Shown here: one piece after another, positions 1-11,401 of the stretch
Numbering within the stretch: position 1 is the first letter of the stretch
Layout of the letters: every line of letters starts with the position of its first letter
Assembly: GCA_001643675.2 (NCBI GenBank)
Contig: LSRY02000018.1
Span: 186,001-250,000, forward strand
Length of the DNA: 64,000 nucleotides
Direction of reading: 5' to 3'
Source: Monocercomonoides exilis PA203
Taxonomy: Eukaryota; Protista; Preaxostyla
Program-made: the position numbers and the translations under genes
Notes under the pieces: generated by a model
What the model was told of the DNA's origin: nothing
What the model saw: only the letters and a program-made list of their open reading frames with translations
The model's database searches: none

Positions 1-2805
1 CTTCTATTCGTCGTCAATGCCTTCTCCTTCTTCTTTTGATTCTTCAACATCGTCATCAAAAACAGTAGAAGTCAAATTCTTCGAGAAAGAAAACATAGAA
101 AACGATTCATTCTCATCTTCCTCTTCATCCGAACAGTCAAAAGGGAATTCTTCCCAAGAAAGAGCCGAAAAAGCAGATATTGATGAAATTATCGAAGACT
201 TCAAAAGAAAACATGCACCATGTCTGCCGCTTCCTGTGTTCGTTCCGCCACAAGAAGCTACCCTTCAGAATCCATCTTATGTCCCTTGAAGACAAAGACA
301 GAGAAAAAGCAATCAAAATTCAACACAAACATTTTTGACTCATTCAATTGCTGGCATTGGCACAGGAAGAGGAACATCTCCTTCTTCAATGTAAAATAAA
401 TCTTTTCTTTCTCTTCCTCAGTCATCTCCATCTCCCTCTCCTTCATCTTCTTCCTCTTCCTCCTCCTCTTCTTCTTCTTCTGTTACTGCAGTAACTGACC
501 TCTCTCTGCACCCAAACCACCTCATCGTTCTGAAATTGCCATGACTCGCAGCATAAGAGCAATGCATCCTCTTCTCCACCGACGCTATCTCAACCGCTGT
601 GCACAAGTTGCTTCTGCTTCATGTTCACCGTGCTCTTCTTAATCTACTTCTTCCTCCTCGTTGCTTCGCTCTTCAAGAAACAGATTTCTGACAGGAGAAG
701 AGCAGCAGATAAAGAGGATGAAGCAACAGCTCAGAGGAAGAAGGAAAAGACAATATTTTGTTCCACCTCCCGACATGTTTGATGCGATACAGCTGTTTGC
801 GAAGTCTCGGACGGTAAAGTGGTTTGTTGAGAATCTGGAGAAGAGGAAGAGAGAAAGAGAGAGAGAAGCAAGGAACGAGAGAAGAGAGGAGAGAAGAATA
901 AGAGAAATGAATCAAATGAGGAAGGCATTGAAATCCACAAATGATGCAGATAACAATGATGAAGAAAATGATAATAAAGCAATAGCAGAAGAAAACGAAA
1001 GCTTATCATCTATCAGAAGAGATTCTTTGAAGGAACCGAAGATAAATGAAGAAAGTGAATGTTTTTCCGCAGCTCCATTGTCAGTTATGAAGAAGAGCGA
1101 AGAGAGAAGAGACACAAACAGAGAGAGAAACAGAGGCTGACGCGAAGGTATTACTAGGCGCTTGAGCTTCAACGGGATTCTGTTGTGAATGAGGTGCTTT
1201 TGATGGTCAGAGCAAACCTTCTGTTTTCTCCAGCGCCGATTGACGAGTCGATAAAAAGACCAGGAATAATTGTGAGTTATTGAAAAATGAGGTGGGTGGT
1301 GATAAAGGTGAGAAAGAAAAGAAAGAAGGGAATAATTCTGTGAATGCAAAAGGAAACAAGGAAGAAGTTGAAGGTGATGAAGATAACAATAAAGATGAGA
1401 CGAAAAAGAAGATGATGATTCTAACAACGATGAAAACGAAGAAGTGAAATAGGAGGATTCAATGAACAACCCCAAAGAAGCTGTTTCTAAAGCAAAGAAA
1501 ATAAAACGGAAGCAGAAAAGAAAACAAATGCAAAAGAATCCATAACAAACAGAAAAGACGAAATTCATTCAGATGAGCCAAAGCCAGAGCCTTTTTCATC
1601 ACTAGCTCAGCAAAAACAGCAGCAACAGAACATAACAACAGAACACAACAGCAAATACCTCTCCAACGCAATCACCTTCTCCACAGCCTAAGCAATATAC
1701 TTCAGCAAGAGATACATTTGGAACGATTCACTTTCCTCGATGAAAGCGAATGAACTGCGGATGGAGAGGGGTTGGAAGGAGGGAGTTGATTGTGAACAGC
1801 AAAGAGATGTATATGGGGATTGGAGTGAAAGGTGCATTAACGATATCTCTGTCACCTGCTGTTGGAGGTGGAGGAGAAGGGGTGACGTTGGCTGTGATTG
1901 GAATGAAGGATTTGAACAAAGAAGTGACAAGGGCGATGCAAGATGAGTTTCGGAATGAGAAAGGGAAGGTGGACGATGAAGAAGCGAAGATCACGTTTTT
2001 TTCATTGGAATCTGATGATCAGAGAGAAAAACTGCTTCGGCTGACGAAATTGCAGGAGACACAGAAGAAGAAGAAGAAGAAAGAAGAGAGAGCGCAGGAA
2101 AATGGAGAAAATGGCGAAGAAGATAGAGGAAAAAGACTAGAATCTGTTTAGCAGCATCCAAGGAATACTACAGCCACACCTTGAGACAGGCACTCCGGCA
2201 AACCAGAAGGAGAACAAAATGGCCAACGAGGCGCAGCAAGAGGTGAAAGAAAGCCAAACTCAATTTTTGACAAGAGAGCAGAAATTGGACTGCCTGCTGA
2301 ATGACCTCGCTTATTCTGACTTAGAAGATTTGAGCGATGAACTGGATGTGCTCTGCCGTTATGTGCGTATCAAAAGCGAGGAAAAAGGGCAATTTGTGTA
2401 GAAGATGCAGAACGTACGTGCGTATGCGGCAGTCGACGCGAGGCAGACAAGAACGCGGTTGGATCTGATGAGTGCGCTGAAGAGTGGGCTGTGGCAAAGC
2501 CGGGCGGAGCTGAGAAGAGGAAGGAGGATGAAGTGGAGGGGCTGGTGGACACACAAAGAGGAAGCAGAAGTAACACAAAGAAAGGGAAGGAAAGGAGCAA
2601 GAAAAGGATCACCTCTGCTGTTTCAGAAGGAGAAAGGGATGAGAACATTCGGTCAGAGCAGCGTGCCTGGAAGAAGAGATGCACTATCGAAGCTATTTTC
2701 TTCGCTTTCGTTCTCAAAGTTGGCTTCTTTCTTAACTTCGTAGAATTCAATGGTGATGGATCTGATGCAGAAATACTCTGCTCTAAATTTGGTTGCGCCT
2801 TTTGA
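1..2805 (+). CDS. Fragmented or multi-exon hypothetical low-complexity (E/K/R/S-rich) gene, 5' end outside the window; may be decayed
   Basis: Run of purine-rich plus-strand ORFs (17-289, 661-1140, 1750-2151, 2219-2401, 2405-2805) broken by stops or frameshifts; no recognisable domain. Confidence 0.3.
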
Positions 2806-5490
2806 TTCAGCCGCTGATCTTGCTGCAAATACAAAAATTTCTCAGCGTCTTCTCTCCGACTGCACTTCTTCGCTTGTCAATTCGTTCATGTTAATGGACA
2901 TCCAACAACAATTTTCTTTTTCTCTCTGAACATCTTTATCTCCTTCACTGCAATCCAAAGCTAAACAACTATCTTCTGCTAATCCTGCTGCTCCTGGCTC
3001 ACTTCCTCCACTTTTACTGCTTACCGTAACTTCTTCTCCTTCTCTTTCATTCAACTTTCATCGAGTTCAGTGCCAGACATCATCTTTCGTTGCAACTTGG
3101 AAAGATACAAAGAAATGCTTATTCAAATAATGAATAACAGCTGAAAGTGTGTTACGACGGAAGCGATTCTCCAAAAAGCAAAAAATAATTTGCACGTTAT
3201 CAACAACTGAATCAATTCTGGCCTTTTCATTTGGAAGCTGAAGCATATGAAGTGAAAAGGAAATGGTATAAAAGCAATTTTTGTTTGGAACGAATGATTG
3301 CGGGGATGGACTTCTTCAGATTTCGCAATGCTTTTTGTTCATCTGAACGAGAGGAAAATGAAACGATGAGTGAGAAAAGCAATTTTTTGGAAAACCCATG
3401 CTTGAATGGAAGTTGCAAAAGATTCTTGCACTGATCGGTTCGGTAAGTTGGAATTAGAATTATAAGAGAAACAGATGTTTTTGAAAAGCTTGTTGATACT
3501 ATTGAAGAAAGGCATTTTGAAGAGATGAAGAAGATGATATAAAGCAATGAGCTTTATTTTAATTCGATTAAAAGAGAAAATAGATGGAAAAAAAAATAGA
3601 AGAAATATTTTCATTTGGGCTGATTTTTGGCTCAATGAAAGATAAGCGATGATATAGACTTTAAATGAAAAGAAGATGAAGTCTCATGTATTTTTCTATG
3701 ATATAGAAAATGGAGAAAATTGGAAAATGGAAGGAATTGTAACGAAATTAGAAAAAATCCATCATTATAAGTGATTATGGTTTCAACCGCACTGAAGGTC
3801 AGTATGTGAAGAGGAACAAATGTTGAGGAAAGGAGGGTGAGGGAGGCGTCTTGGAGGAGGGAAATGAAGCAGTTGAGGGCATACTCGATAATGGAGCAAG
3901 TGTTTTGCTTTGTTTAACCACAGCCATCAGCATCGGCTCCATTGTTTGCTCCAATTTTATTCAGTGTAATGTGAGGGAACAAGCTTATGAATTTGGGTTA
4001 ATCCAATATTCCACTTTATCTGTTTCTATTTGATGAATCCGATGAACCGAATAAAAGGAAAGGAAATTTGTTAGCTGTTCAAAGACGAAAAGAAAAAAGA
4101 GAAATAACTATTATTTGTAAATTAGTTTCAATAATTTTGTTTTTTTATCTTCTTTTCTTTTCTTCTTGACAAATTTTCTCTTTGCAATGTTGTATTTTAC
4201 CAATTATGAATTTGCAATTTTGAAGTTTTATTTATTAATTTTAGGTTCATTTTTATTTTCCTTGATCAAAAAATTCTTTTTAATGAAAAAAGGTATGTAT
4301 TTTGCATATTCACATAAAACAAATATATATGACAGAAATAAAAGCTTAATACTAGCAAAAAATCAATTGAACTTTTTGATCAAAGAATACCACAATAGAT
4401 TTAATTTTTTCGATTTTTGATCTTTTTTTATGATATCAAAAAAAATCACCCATATCTTTGAATCAAACATGAAATGTTCAGAAGCAGAAATACTGTGTGT
4501 CAATGTTATCATTTGAATGGAGAAGGAATGAATGTCAGCTGGAATGGATGGAATGAATTGCAATTGAAGGAGTTATCAGAATAATGGATTCAATCAACAT
4601 TGTGTTATTCAAGCGAAAATGGATCGAAAATGTTGAACCAGCTTTCAATGGTATTAAGAAAACATGTTATCAAAGTTGGAATTCCAGAACTTGTTGTTTG
4701 CTGCAAAGAACAAAGTGTTTCAAAAGAAAAAATCATAAAATCAAGATCTGGAAGCTGTTTGCCAAAACGGAAAGTTTGTGAACTTGTTTGTTTCTCTTTA
4801 ATTGTTAATGATTCTTCAAAAAAAAATGGAAAATGTTGTTAACAACACAGATAAAAAAGATGGATTTCAAGCGAAAATTTCAAAGGCAGTTGACAACTGC
4901 ATTGTGAAGCTCTAGCCACAGTTAGAAAGGAGGACTTTAATAAAAGCAAATTTTCATTGCCTTTTTGTGATGGATCAAAGAATTATTTGGCTGTGGAACA
5001 CATCTTTTGACTGTTATTTCAATAGGAATGAATTTTGTGAAAAACAGATATTCAATTTGGATGAACCGACTGTGAGGGGATCAATAAACTCGAAGCTTAT
5101 TGTTTTTGATCCAACAAACTCGAAGCGTGAGTTTTCGCAAAGAACAACCAGAAATGGCAAATTTCACTATAGCTGATGCTGTAATTGCTGATGTGTTCGC
5201 ACTTCCTTCTGTAATTCTGAGGTCAAGATAACGTATTCCTTATGATATGAATCAGCTTTTGTTACAACCTCTGGATATCTGACCGAACGGAAGAGGCTGG
5301 ATGAACAGTGAACAATTGAATTAAAAATTCGAAAAAAATACTCCTTCCTTTTTTTTAACGAACAAAAAAAAGCTCATTCCACTTGAAAAATCTCTCAACT
5401 TTGAAACGTTATCATGAAAGCGAAATTGAAACATTCAACATTGATTTCGGAGAAAATTGATAGAACGCAGTGAGACAGGATTTGCTCCGA

Positions 5491-5527
5491 AATAATGAGT
5501 ATTAATTTAAATTATGGGCGGTTTAAG
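5491..5527. repeat. DIRS inverted terminal repeat core, left copy (3' end of element)
   Basis: aataatgagtattaatttaaattatgggcggtttaag matches the rc of 9701-9737 at 36/37; weaker similarity extends on both sides (cagg..tttgctcc; aacttcgcc). Confidence 0.9.
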
Positions 5528-6120
5528 TGAGAACTTCGCCCTCCCAAATATGACGTGGAAAAAAGGACGAGATGAAAATATAGATAATAACATGTTAAAT
5601 AATAAATAGAATATAATGAATTGTCCGCATTTCTTCACCGCCGACTTCGCCTTTTCGCCTTGGTCACGAAGACCAGAGGGCAGGGGACATAGCCCCTCGG
5701 AGCTGTCTCCTGCAGTCCGTGCAAGGATCCGGAGAGGCGAGTGTTCCAAAACGGAGCAGAAAGAAAAACCACTCTCGCTTTCGCGAGGCGTGGAAAAGAA
5801 AACTGCGTGCCCTTTGCTCTGCCCCCCGCTCTTCTGCTGCAGTGGCAGAGCAAGTCCGCTCACCACACGCTGTGTGGACTAGTCTGACTCTTCTCTTTGC
5901 ACTTTCTTGCCATGAATTAAAGGAGTAAGGTTCTTCTTCACGGTTTCTCTTCCTTTCCTGTTGGTCAATACAGGTTATGGGTGCCTTCGATATTTCTGGA
6001 CGGTTTCTCTCTTTCTATCTCCTCTTCTATCTCGCCACTTTTTTCTCGTCATATTCTTCCCAACATGTTTCTCTCTTATTCTCGCACCCAGACGCTCTGA
6101 GTCTCTCCATCCGCATTAAT

Positions 6121-6217
6121 ATTATTTCGGAGCAAATCCTGTCTCACTGCGTTCTATCAATTCGCAATAGAGCGTATCTACGAACGCAAGGAGCAGGTTT
6201 GCTCCTCAATAATGAGT
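6121..6217. repeat. Internal complementary region (ICR) of the DIRS element
   Basis: 6121-6162 is the exact rc of 5455-5496 (42/42). 6158-6217 is the rc of 9728-9787 (59/60). The two halves overlap at CAATT (6158-6162). Confidence 0.93.
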
Positions 6218-6849
6218 CTTGAATGCACTTTTCCATATATTTACTTTGATTAAATAATATTTTTATTTATTAATTTACTTATTAGTATTGATCTTAAACC
6301 CTCTTGCCTAGCACGTCATCGTGCGGCGGATGTTTAGAGAGCATGCGGATGATGGTGCGGTTCCTGTCTCTACTCCCTTCCTTTCTTTGTGTGTTTCCGA
6401 GGCGTAATCGACCGGGAATTCGTTTCCCTTGCGTTATTTATCATCCAACCTAGATATCTGACACCCTGCTTCCTCCGGTCTGTGCGCATATTCCTCTCTG
6501 TGAGGCAGTGTGTTTGCTTCCATTCAGCTCTCTTCTGCTGCTGGGAATTATGAGGGGTGATCTCAAAAGCTAGGGTGGTCGGGATGAGGCGTTCTGTGAC
6601 AAAGTTGCTTTCCTTTGCTTTCTCTCTTCTCTAAGCTATAAGTCTCGTTTCTTTGTCCGCTTTCTCCATCCTCATATCTTCTTCACCTCCAGCTTCTGAT
6701 ATCATTTCTGTGCACTCTTTCATCTCTAAATTCATTTTCTCGATGATCATTTCCTTTCTTTCTTGAAACTTCTCCGACTTTTCCACTTCTCCCGTTTGGG
6801 GATCAGGACTTTCAATTGTCTCCAGGATTTATTTCGTATCTTGAACCGG

Positions 6850-7700
6850 AAAACCGTAAAGTATTCCTGTTCCACTCTTGAACCTGGTCCACATCTCGTG
6901 TGTGCATTAACTGCTTTCCAAACCGAACCTTTTCTTCTTGATATGTGAATAATAACTTTAAGTCTAATCGAGAATGTGGTCAAAGTATCGTGTATATCAC
7001 ACTCTCTCTTTGAATAACTTCTAATTCTTCTTTAATTCTCTTTATCTTTGCAGGTTAACCTTCTTTGATATCAAACCATACATATTTATCTTAAAATGAA
7101 GTCCTGGATATATTAAGCCAATGTTGGAGCGTCTATACTGCATCGATGAGTGCATTTGAATGTTTGTTAATATCGATTTTAGTAATTATCCTATCTGTTA
7201 TCTATATCTGCACTTCTAATAATACTGTATTCTCTTTCAAAATAGATTCCTTCCTTCTCAATCTCTCCAGCTCAGCAAGCTCTAAAGTAACAAAATTACA
7301 GTGAGGATGAGGGCTCTCCTCTGAAGTGCTTGCGTGTCTGTTGAGTTATATGTGGTGTCTTCCCATTTAGTAATAACTGCAAAATCTCACACTGGTTAAC
7401 ATCATTTGCAGTTTCTCGACTTCTATCCTTCGTAAGTTTTTGAAAATATATCTATATCTTTCACATCACTTGTCTGATGAATCATTCCACTTGAAAGATT
7501 CGTAGTCGATAGGTTATCAATAAATCTTGCCAAGATTCACCTGGCATCGTTCTCGATGAGGTGTATGTTTCATCTGTTCATTCTCATCCAAAAATTGTTT
7601 AAATTTTCTTAGCTATCTCCACGTATCCGTTTTGTTCTTTTGATTAGTCAATATAGCTGCTGATATATCCTCTACTCCTACGTCTTCTCCCCATGTTTGA
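6850..7700 (-). pseudogene. Degenerate DIRS tyrosine recombinase
   Basis: Minus-strand remnants: RRALILTVI/TLELAELER (box A-like, ~7265-7320, frameshifted) and TTFSIRLKVIIH...VNAHTRCGPGSRVEQEYF (HSxR-like and H/W...Y boxes, ~6860-6983); many stops. Confidence 0.65.
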
Positions 7701-7844
7701 AAAAGTTTCCTTCTTGTATATTTACTTCTCCAGTCAAACACTAATTATTTTTCATGGGGGTGAATTCAAGTCATCATTTCTCATCTCGAAACGGTCAATC
7801 AGATGTTTCTTAATAATAGACTAGCACTGTCTGTTCTTCTGGCA

Positions 7845-7906
7845 TCTCTCTCTCTCTTTCTCTCTTTCTCTCTTTCTCTCTTTCTCTCTCTCTATCTTTC
7901 TCTCTC
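7845..7906. repeat. (CT)n/(CTTT) microsatellite inside the DIRS element
   Basis: Direct reading. Confidence 0.85.
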
Positions 7907-7980
7907 TTCAGAGAGGATAGTCTCCAAATAATTCTTCAGGGCACCGGAGCAATCGTGTCTGTAATATAATCTAGTCTTCT

Positions 7981-8250
7981 CGGTTCGAATATTTGAAATG
8001 TCTCTACAACTTTTTCCACTCTCACTGCATTGTCCGGTTTCTTCAAAGTCCGGCTGAGTGCATCTATCGGCATTTTCGCTGAGATATGTTGAGTCTTCTT
8101 CAATTTTCATCACACCGCACTATGCGGCTTATTTCTGTATCCGTCTCTCGCGGTCTCTAGCGGTCTCATGCTCTGTCTTTTCCTCGAGTTTTTTCGCGGA
8201 TTCACTTCTTCAATATTCTCGTGAAATTTCGCCGTTACTATATCTACACA
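7981..8250 (-). pseudogene. Degenerate RNase H C-terminus of DIRS pol
   Basis: Minus frame from 8088 reads HISAKMPIDALSRTLKKPDNAV, with DALSR at 8050-8064; resembles the HIPGxxNxxADALSR end of DIRS/Ty3 RNase H. Confidence 0.55.
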
Positions 8251-8904
8251 TGACTCGCGAAAATGCACTGTTCCTTATCTAATTATCGATTCGCAATCTC
8301 TCTCAATTACTTTCTCTATCCTTCTCTCACAGCAAACTCAGCTTTTTCTTCCTTCAAACCCTTTCGATCAAAAGCAATATGTCACTCCACTATAACCTCG
8401 CGACAATACACAGCAATCTTTTATCTCTCCGTCCCGTTATATTTCGCGGTTTCACTTTTGTAATTATTTCTCTTATATTGAATCGTATCCTATCTTATTA
8501 AAATTGATAATATTTCACTCTTTCAGTTTTGATATGTTGTTGTAATGCAGCTTGTCAGTATTCACTTTGCGAAGGCCTCTCTAATTACTGAGTTTTCTAT
8601 CTTAATTGTCATCTCGCTGTTAAGTGCGTCTATCTCTGCTATCTCCACTCTCATGATCTCAAGACTTAACGTTGTCTTGTTCCTCGTAAATATCTCTTTA
8701 TTGTGTGCAGCTTCATTAAAATTATCTAAATCTTTATTGTTATTAAATTATCCTTCTATTAATATCTCGCTGTAATATGTGTATCGATTCTCACAAATAT
8801 CCTTGTTATGTGTTTATGTGTATATTTTGTTGCTGCATTTATCCGTATCTCAAAAAGCTGCTCATCTCTTATTCTTAATAATCTTTTCTTCGTTGTAAGT
8901 TGAT

Positions 8905-9012
8905 TCTCTCTTCTCTCTCTGTCTCGCGGCTATGCGCGGCTCTCTCTTCTCTCTCTGTCTCGCGGCTATGCGCGGCTCTCTCTTCTCTTTCTGTCTCGCG
9001 GCTATGCGAGGC
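8905..9012. repeat. 36-bp tandem repeat x3 in the putative gag region
   Basis: Unit tctctcttctctctctgtctcgcggctatgcgcggc at 8905, 8941 and 8977 (third copy has 2 mismatches). Confidence 0.9.
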
Positions 9013-9700
9013 TCTTCTACCTTGAAAATTATATCAATATTCTATTGTTTCTCGTTTGTTTTGTTTAATTTGTATTCCACAGCATAATATGAATAAATTT
9101 TTTCAATATTGTGTATGTATATAATATTATTTTAAAATTTTGATAGGATATTCTTTCTTTATAATAATCTCTCTGCAATTTGTGGATCTATCTTTTAGAA
9201 TTCTTGTAATATCCAGCGATTTCATTATTTAACTACATCACTCTTCAATTCGCAGTTCCTTTTCCTAATAAATAAACAATATAATGTGTAGTTTTATTCT
9301 TTTTAAAAGCCTATAAAAATGTTATATCTTCATTTTGTTTAAATATCTCTCGATTTTTTGTGGTTTCTGTTTGTTCAATTGTCTCGCTGCACAATGTGGT
9401 TCCAATTCCAATAATTATCTCACAGAATTTTCCAGATTCTGTTCTTGATAAAATCTCTTCACAATGTGCAGCTTGCCGTTCGACATCTTCAGCTGTGCAC
9501 TTTCTTCCATTCCGGATGATGAATTTCATGCTTAAATCCTAGTAAATTCTTCACTAAAATACTCCACTTTGACCAGTGTTTAAATTTGATCTTATTCTCT
9601 TCCATCGCCGTCTCTGTGTTCTATTGAAACAGGTTGTTGCTTCATTTTCATTGCGGACAATTTGGATCAACTTTGAATTTGAGTATTGGCGAAGTTAGAT

Positions 9701-9737
9701 CTTAAACCGTCCATAATTTAAATTAATACTCATTATT
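9701..9737. repeat. DIRS inverted terminal repeat core, right copy (5' end of element)
   Basis: cttaaaccgtccataatttaaattaatactcattatt is the rc of 5491-5527 with 1 mismatch. Confidence 0.9.
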
Positions 9738-11248
9738 GAGGAGCAAACCTGCTCCTTGCGTTCGTAGATTCGCTCTATTGCGAATTGTCAAAGATTAGAA
9801 ATTCGAACATTGAATTCGTAATTTGAGATTTATTCTTTTCTTATTCATTTCAAATAAACAGTACTGATGAAAAACAAAAGGACACAAAAAACCAATCAAC
9901 CATCATATTTCCGTTTTTATGAAGAAACTGGTGAAATGTTCAGACGATTGGAAAGAAACATCTCAAAGAATCGAAATTATCAAAAAAAATTGTTTGATGT
10001 GAATTTTGACAATTGATATTTATTCCTCTCAAAACAAAAAGAGAGTGAGAATAGGAGCAAGTTTTTGAACATTTTTGGAAAAGAAAGGAAAACAAAGTCT
10101 GTTTGTGAACATTTCAAAGTGATAATAAATTCACAGAAACAATAAACAACAATATTTCTTGATTGTTCGCTTTTCTTTTGAAAAAGTCATTGTTCGACAC
10201 TTCAAGATTCATCATAAAATAATAGAAAGTGCGAACGGATTATTTTCAAGATTATGTTCCTTTTTGATTACAAATCTCGATGAAAGTTGAAGATTGATTT
10301 TCTTTCATATGAGATTGCTCAGCAAAAACTCAAAACCAACAATAAATATAAAAGCAAGTCAAATAATTGTTAAAAAAAAATTAAAAATAAAAATAAAAAT
10401 AAAAGCAAAATACAAAGCCACAAATTGATGGCTGAAATAAGATGCAATGCAGTCAAGACTGCAACCCAACAAACACCCATGCGCATCTTCCTTCGTGCTG
10501 CTTCCCCAAAACACGAAAGCCCCATCCCGCAGTTCCTCCGCCTTTGCTGCTCTTTCAGTGTTCGCTCTGGATCCTGCTCCCTTTTCCATCCGTTCCTGCA
10601 CCGCCTCTTCCAGATAATGGGCAGCGAGGAAGCACCGCTCATCGGTGTGCTGCTGTCAGGCATGCTTGGCGTTTCGCCGAGTGCTCCATTTCTTTTTCGC
10701 TGTTTCCAACTGCTTTCGCCACGCCTGCCACCCCCCATCCACTGCCCAAACTGCAAGCCCCACATCCTGCTCAAGTCGGCTGTTCTTCGCTTTTTCTTGC
10801 TGCATGCACCATCCTTGGCAACAGACAACCCGGCAGATTTCGCTGCGCTGTGCATCCTATGCAATGTCTCGCTGCTTCAAATCAATGAATAGGAGAATAC
10901 CTGCCAATAACCAAACACAAATCAACAAACAAAAATTAACAAAAATGAAAAATATTAAAAAACAAAAAATAAAAAAATAAAAAATAAAAATAATAAAGAG
11001 CAGCACAGACAGCAAAAACAGATATCCCTCGTCCTCTCAATCCCACTCCAAAAACACATACAAGACAAGCACACCCCTTGCTGAATATATCCCACACGCA
11101 TACACACACACACGCACACATGCACATCCAAGTCCATCACCCACTGCTGCACTCTTCATCACCAACTCAAATCATGAAACAAGGAATGTCTCCAAAGGAA
11201 TCAATCCCACCCGAAATGCCCATTCCCCCTCCAAAGTTAATGCCAACC

Positions 11249-11367
11249 TCAAGTCGGCAAACGAGGCGAAGGCAACAAAGGCGAAGGCTGCAAAGGTGAC
11301 AACACAAATTTCAGCCTTCCAGTTCCTTGCAACGCCAAAGAGGAAGAGGATGGAGAAGAAGAAGAAA

Positions 11368-11401
<34 letters not shown>

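Larger units (their letters stand above)
5455..9787 (-). mobile_element. DIRS1-type tyrosine-recombinase retrotransposon, coding-degenerate (probably non-autonomous)
   Basis: Absent from the other palindrome arm (empty site CAATT at 25832-25836). AATTG at both ends. ITRs 5491-5527/9701-9737. ICR 6121-6217 is complementary to both termini. RNase H and YR remnants on the minus strand in DIRS order. Confidence 0.9.

Noticed and set aside
3231-5300. Short coding-like fragments (3231-3560, 4470-5300 and mirror 26000-26830)
   Set aside because: Riddled with stops; probably decayed gene-family relics, but no product can be supported
5455-5459. AATTG at both element ends read as a 5-bp TSD of an LTR or DDE element
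   Set aside because: The same pentamer is encoded inside the ICR, there are no LTRs, and the remnants are YR-like; it fits a recombination core better
5640-5890. Hammerhead ribozyme or tRNA in the hairpin cluster
   Set aside because: No CUGAnGA core or cloverleaf seen by eye on either strand; kept only as unspecified structure
8905-9012. 36-bp repeats resembling CRISPR repeat length
   Set aside because: Directly tandem with no spacers; eukaryotic context; no cas genes
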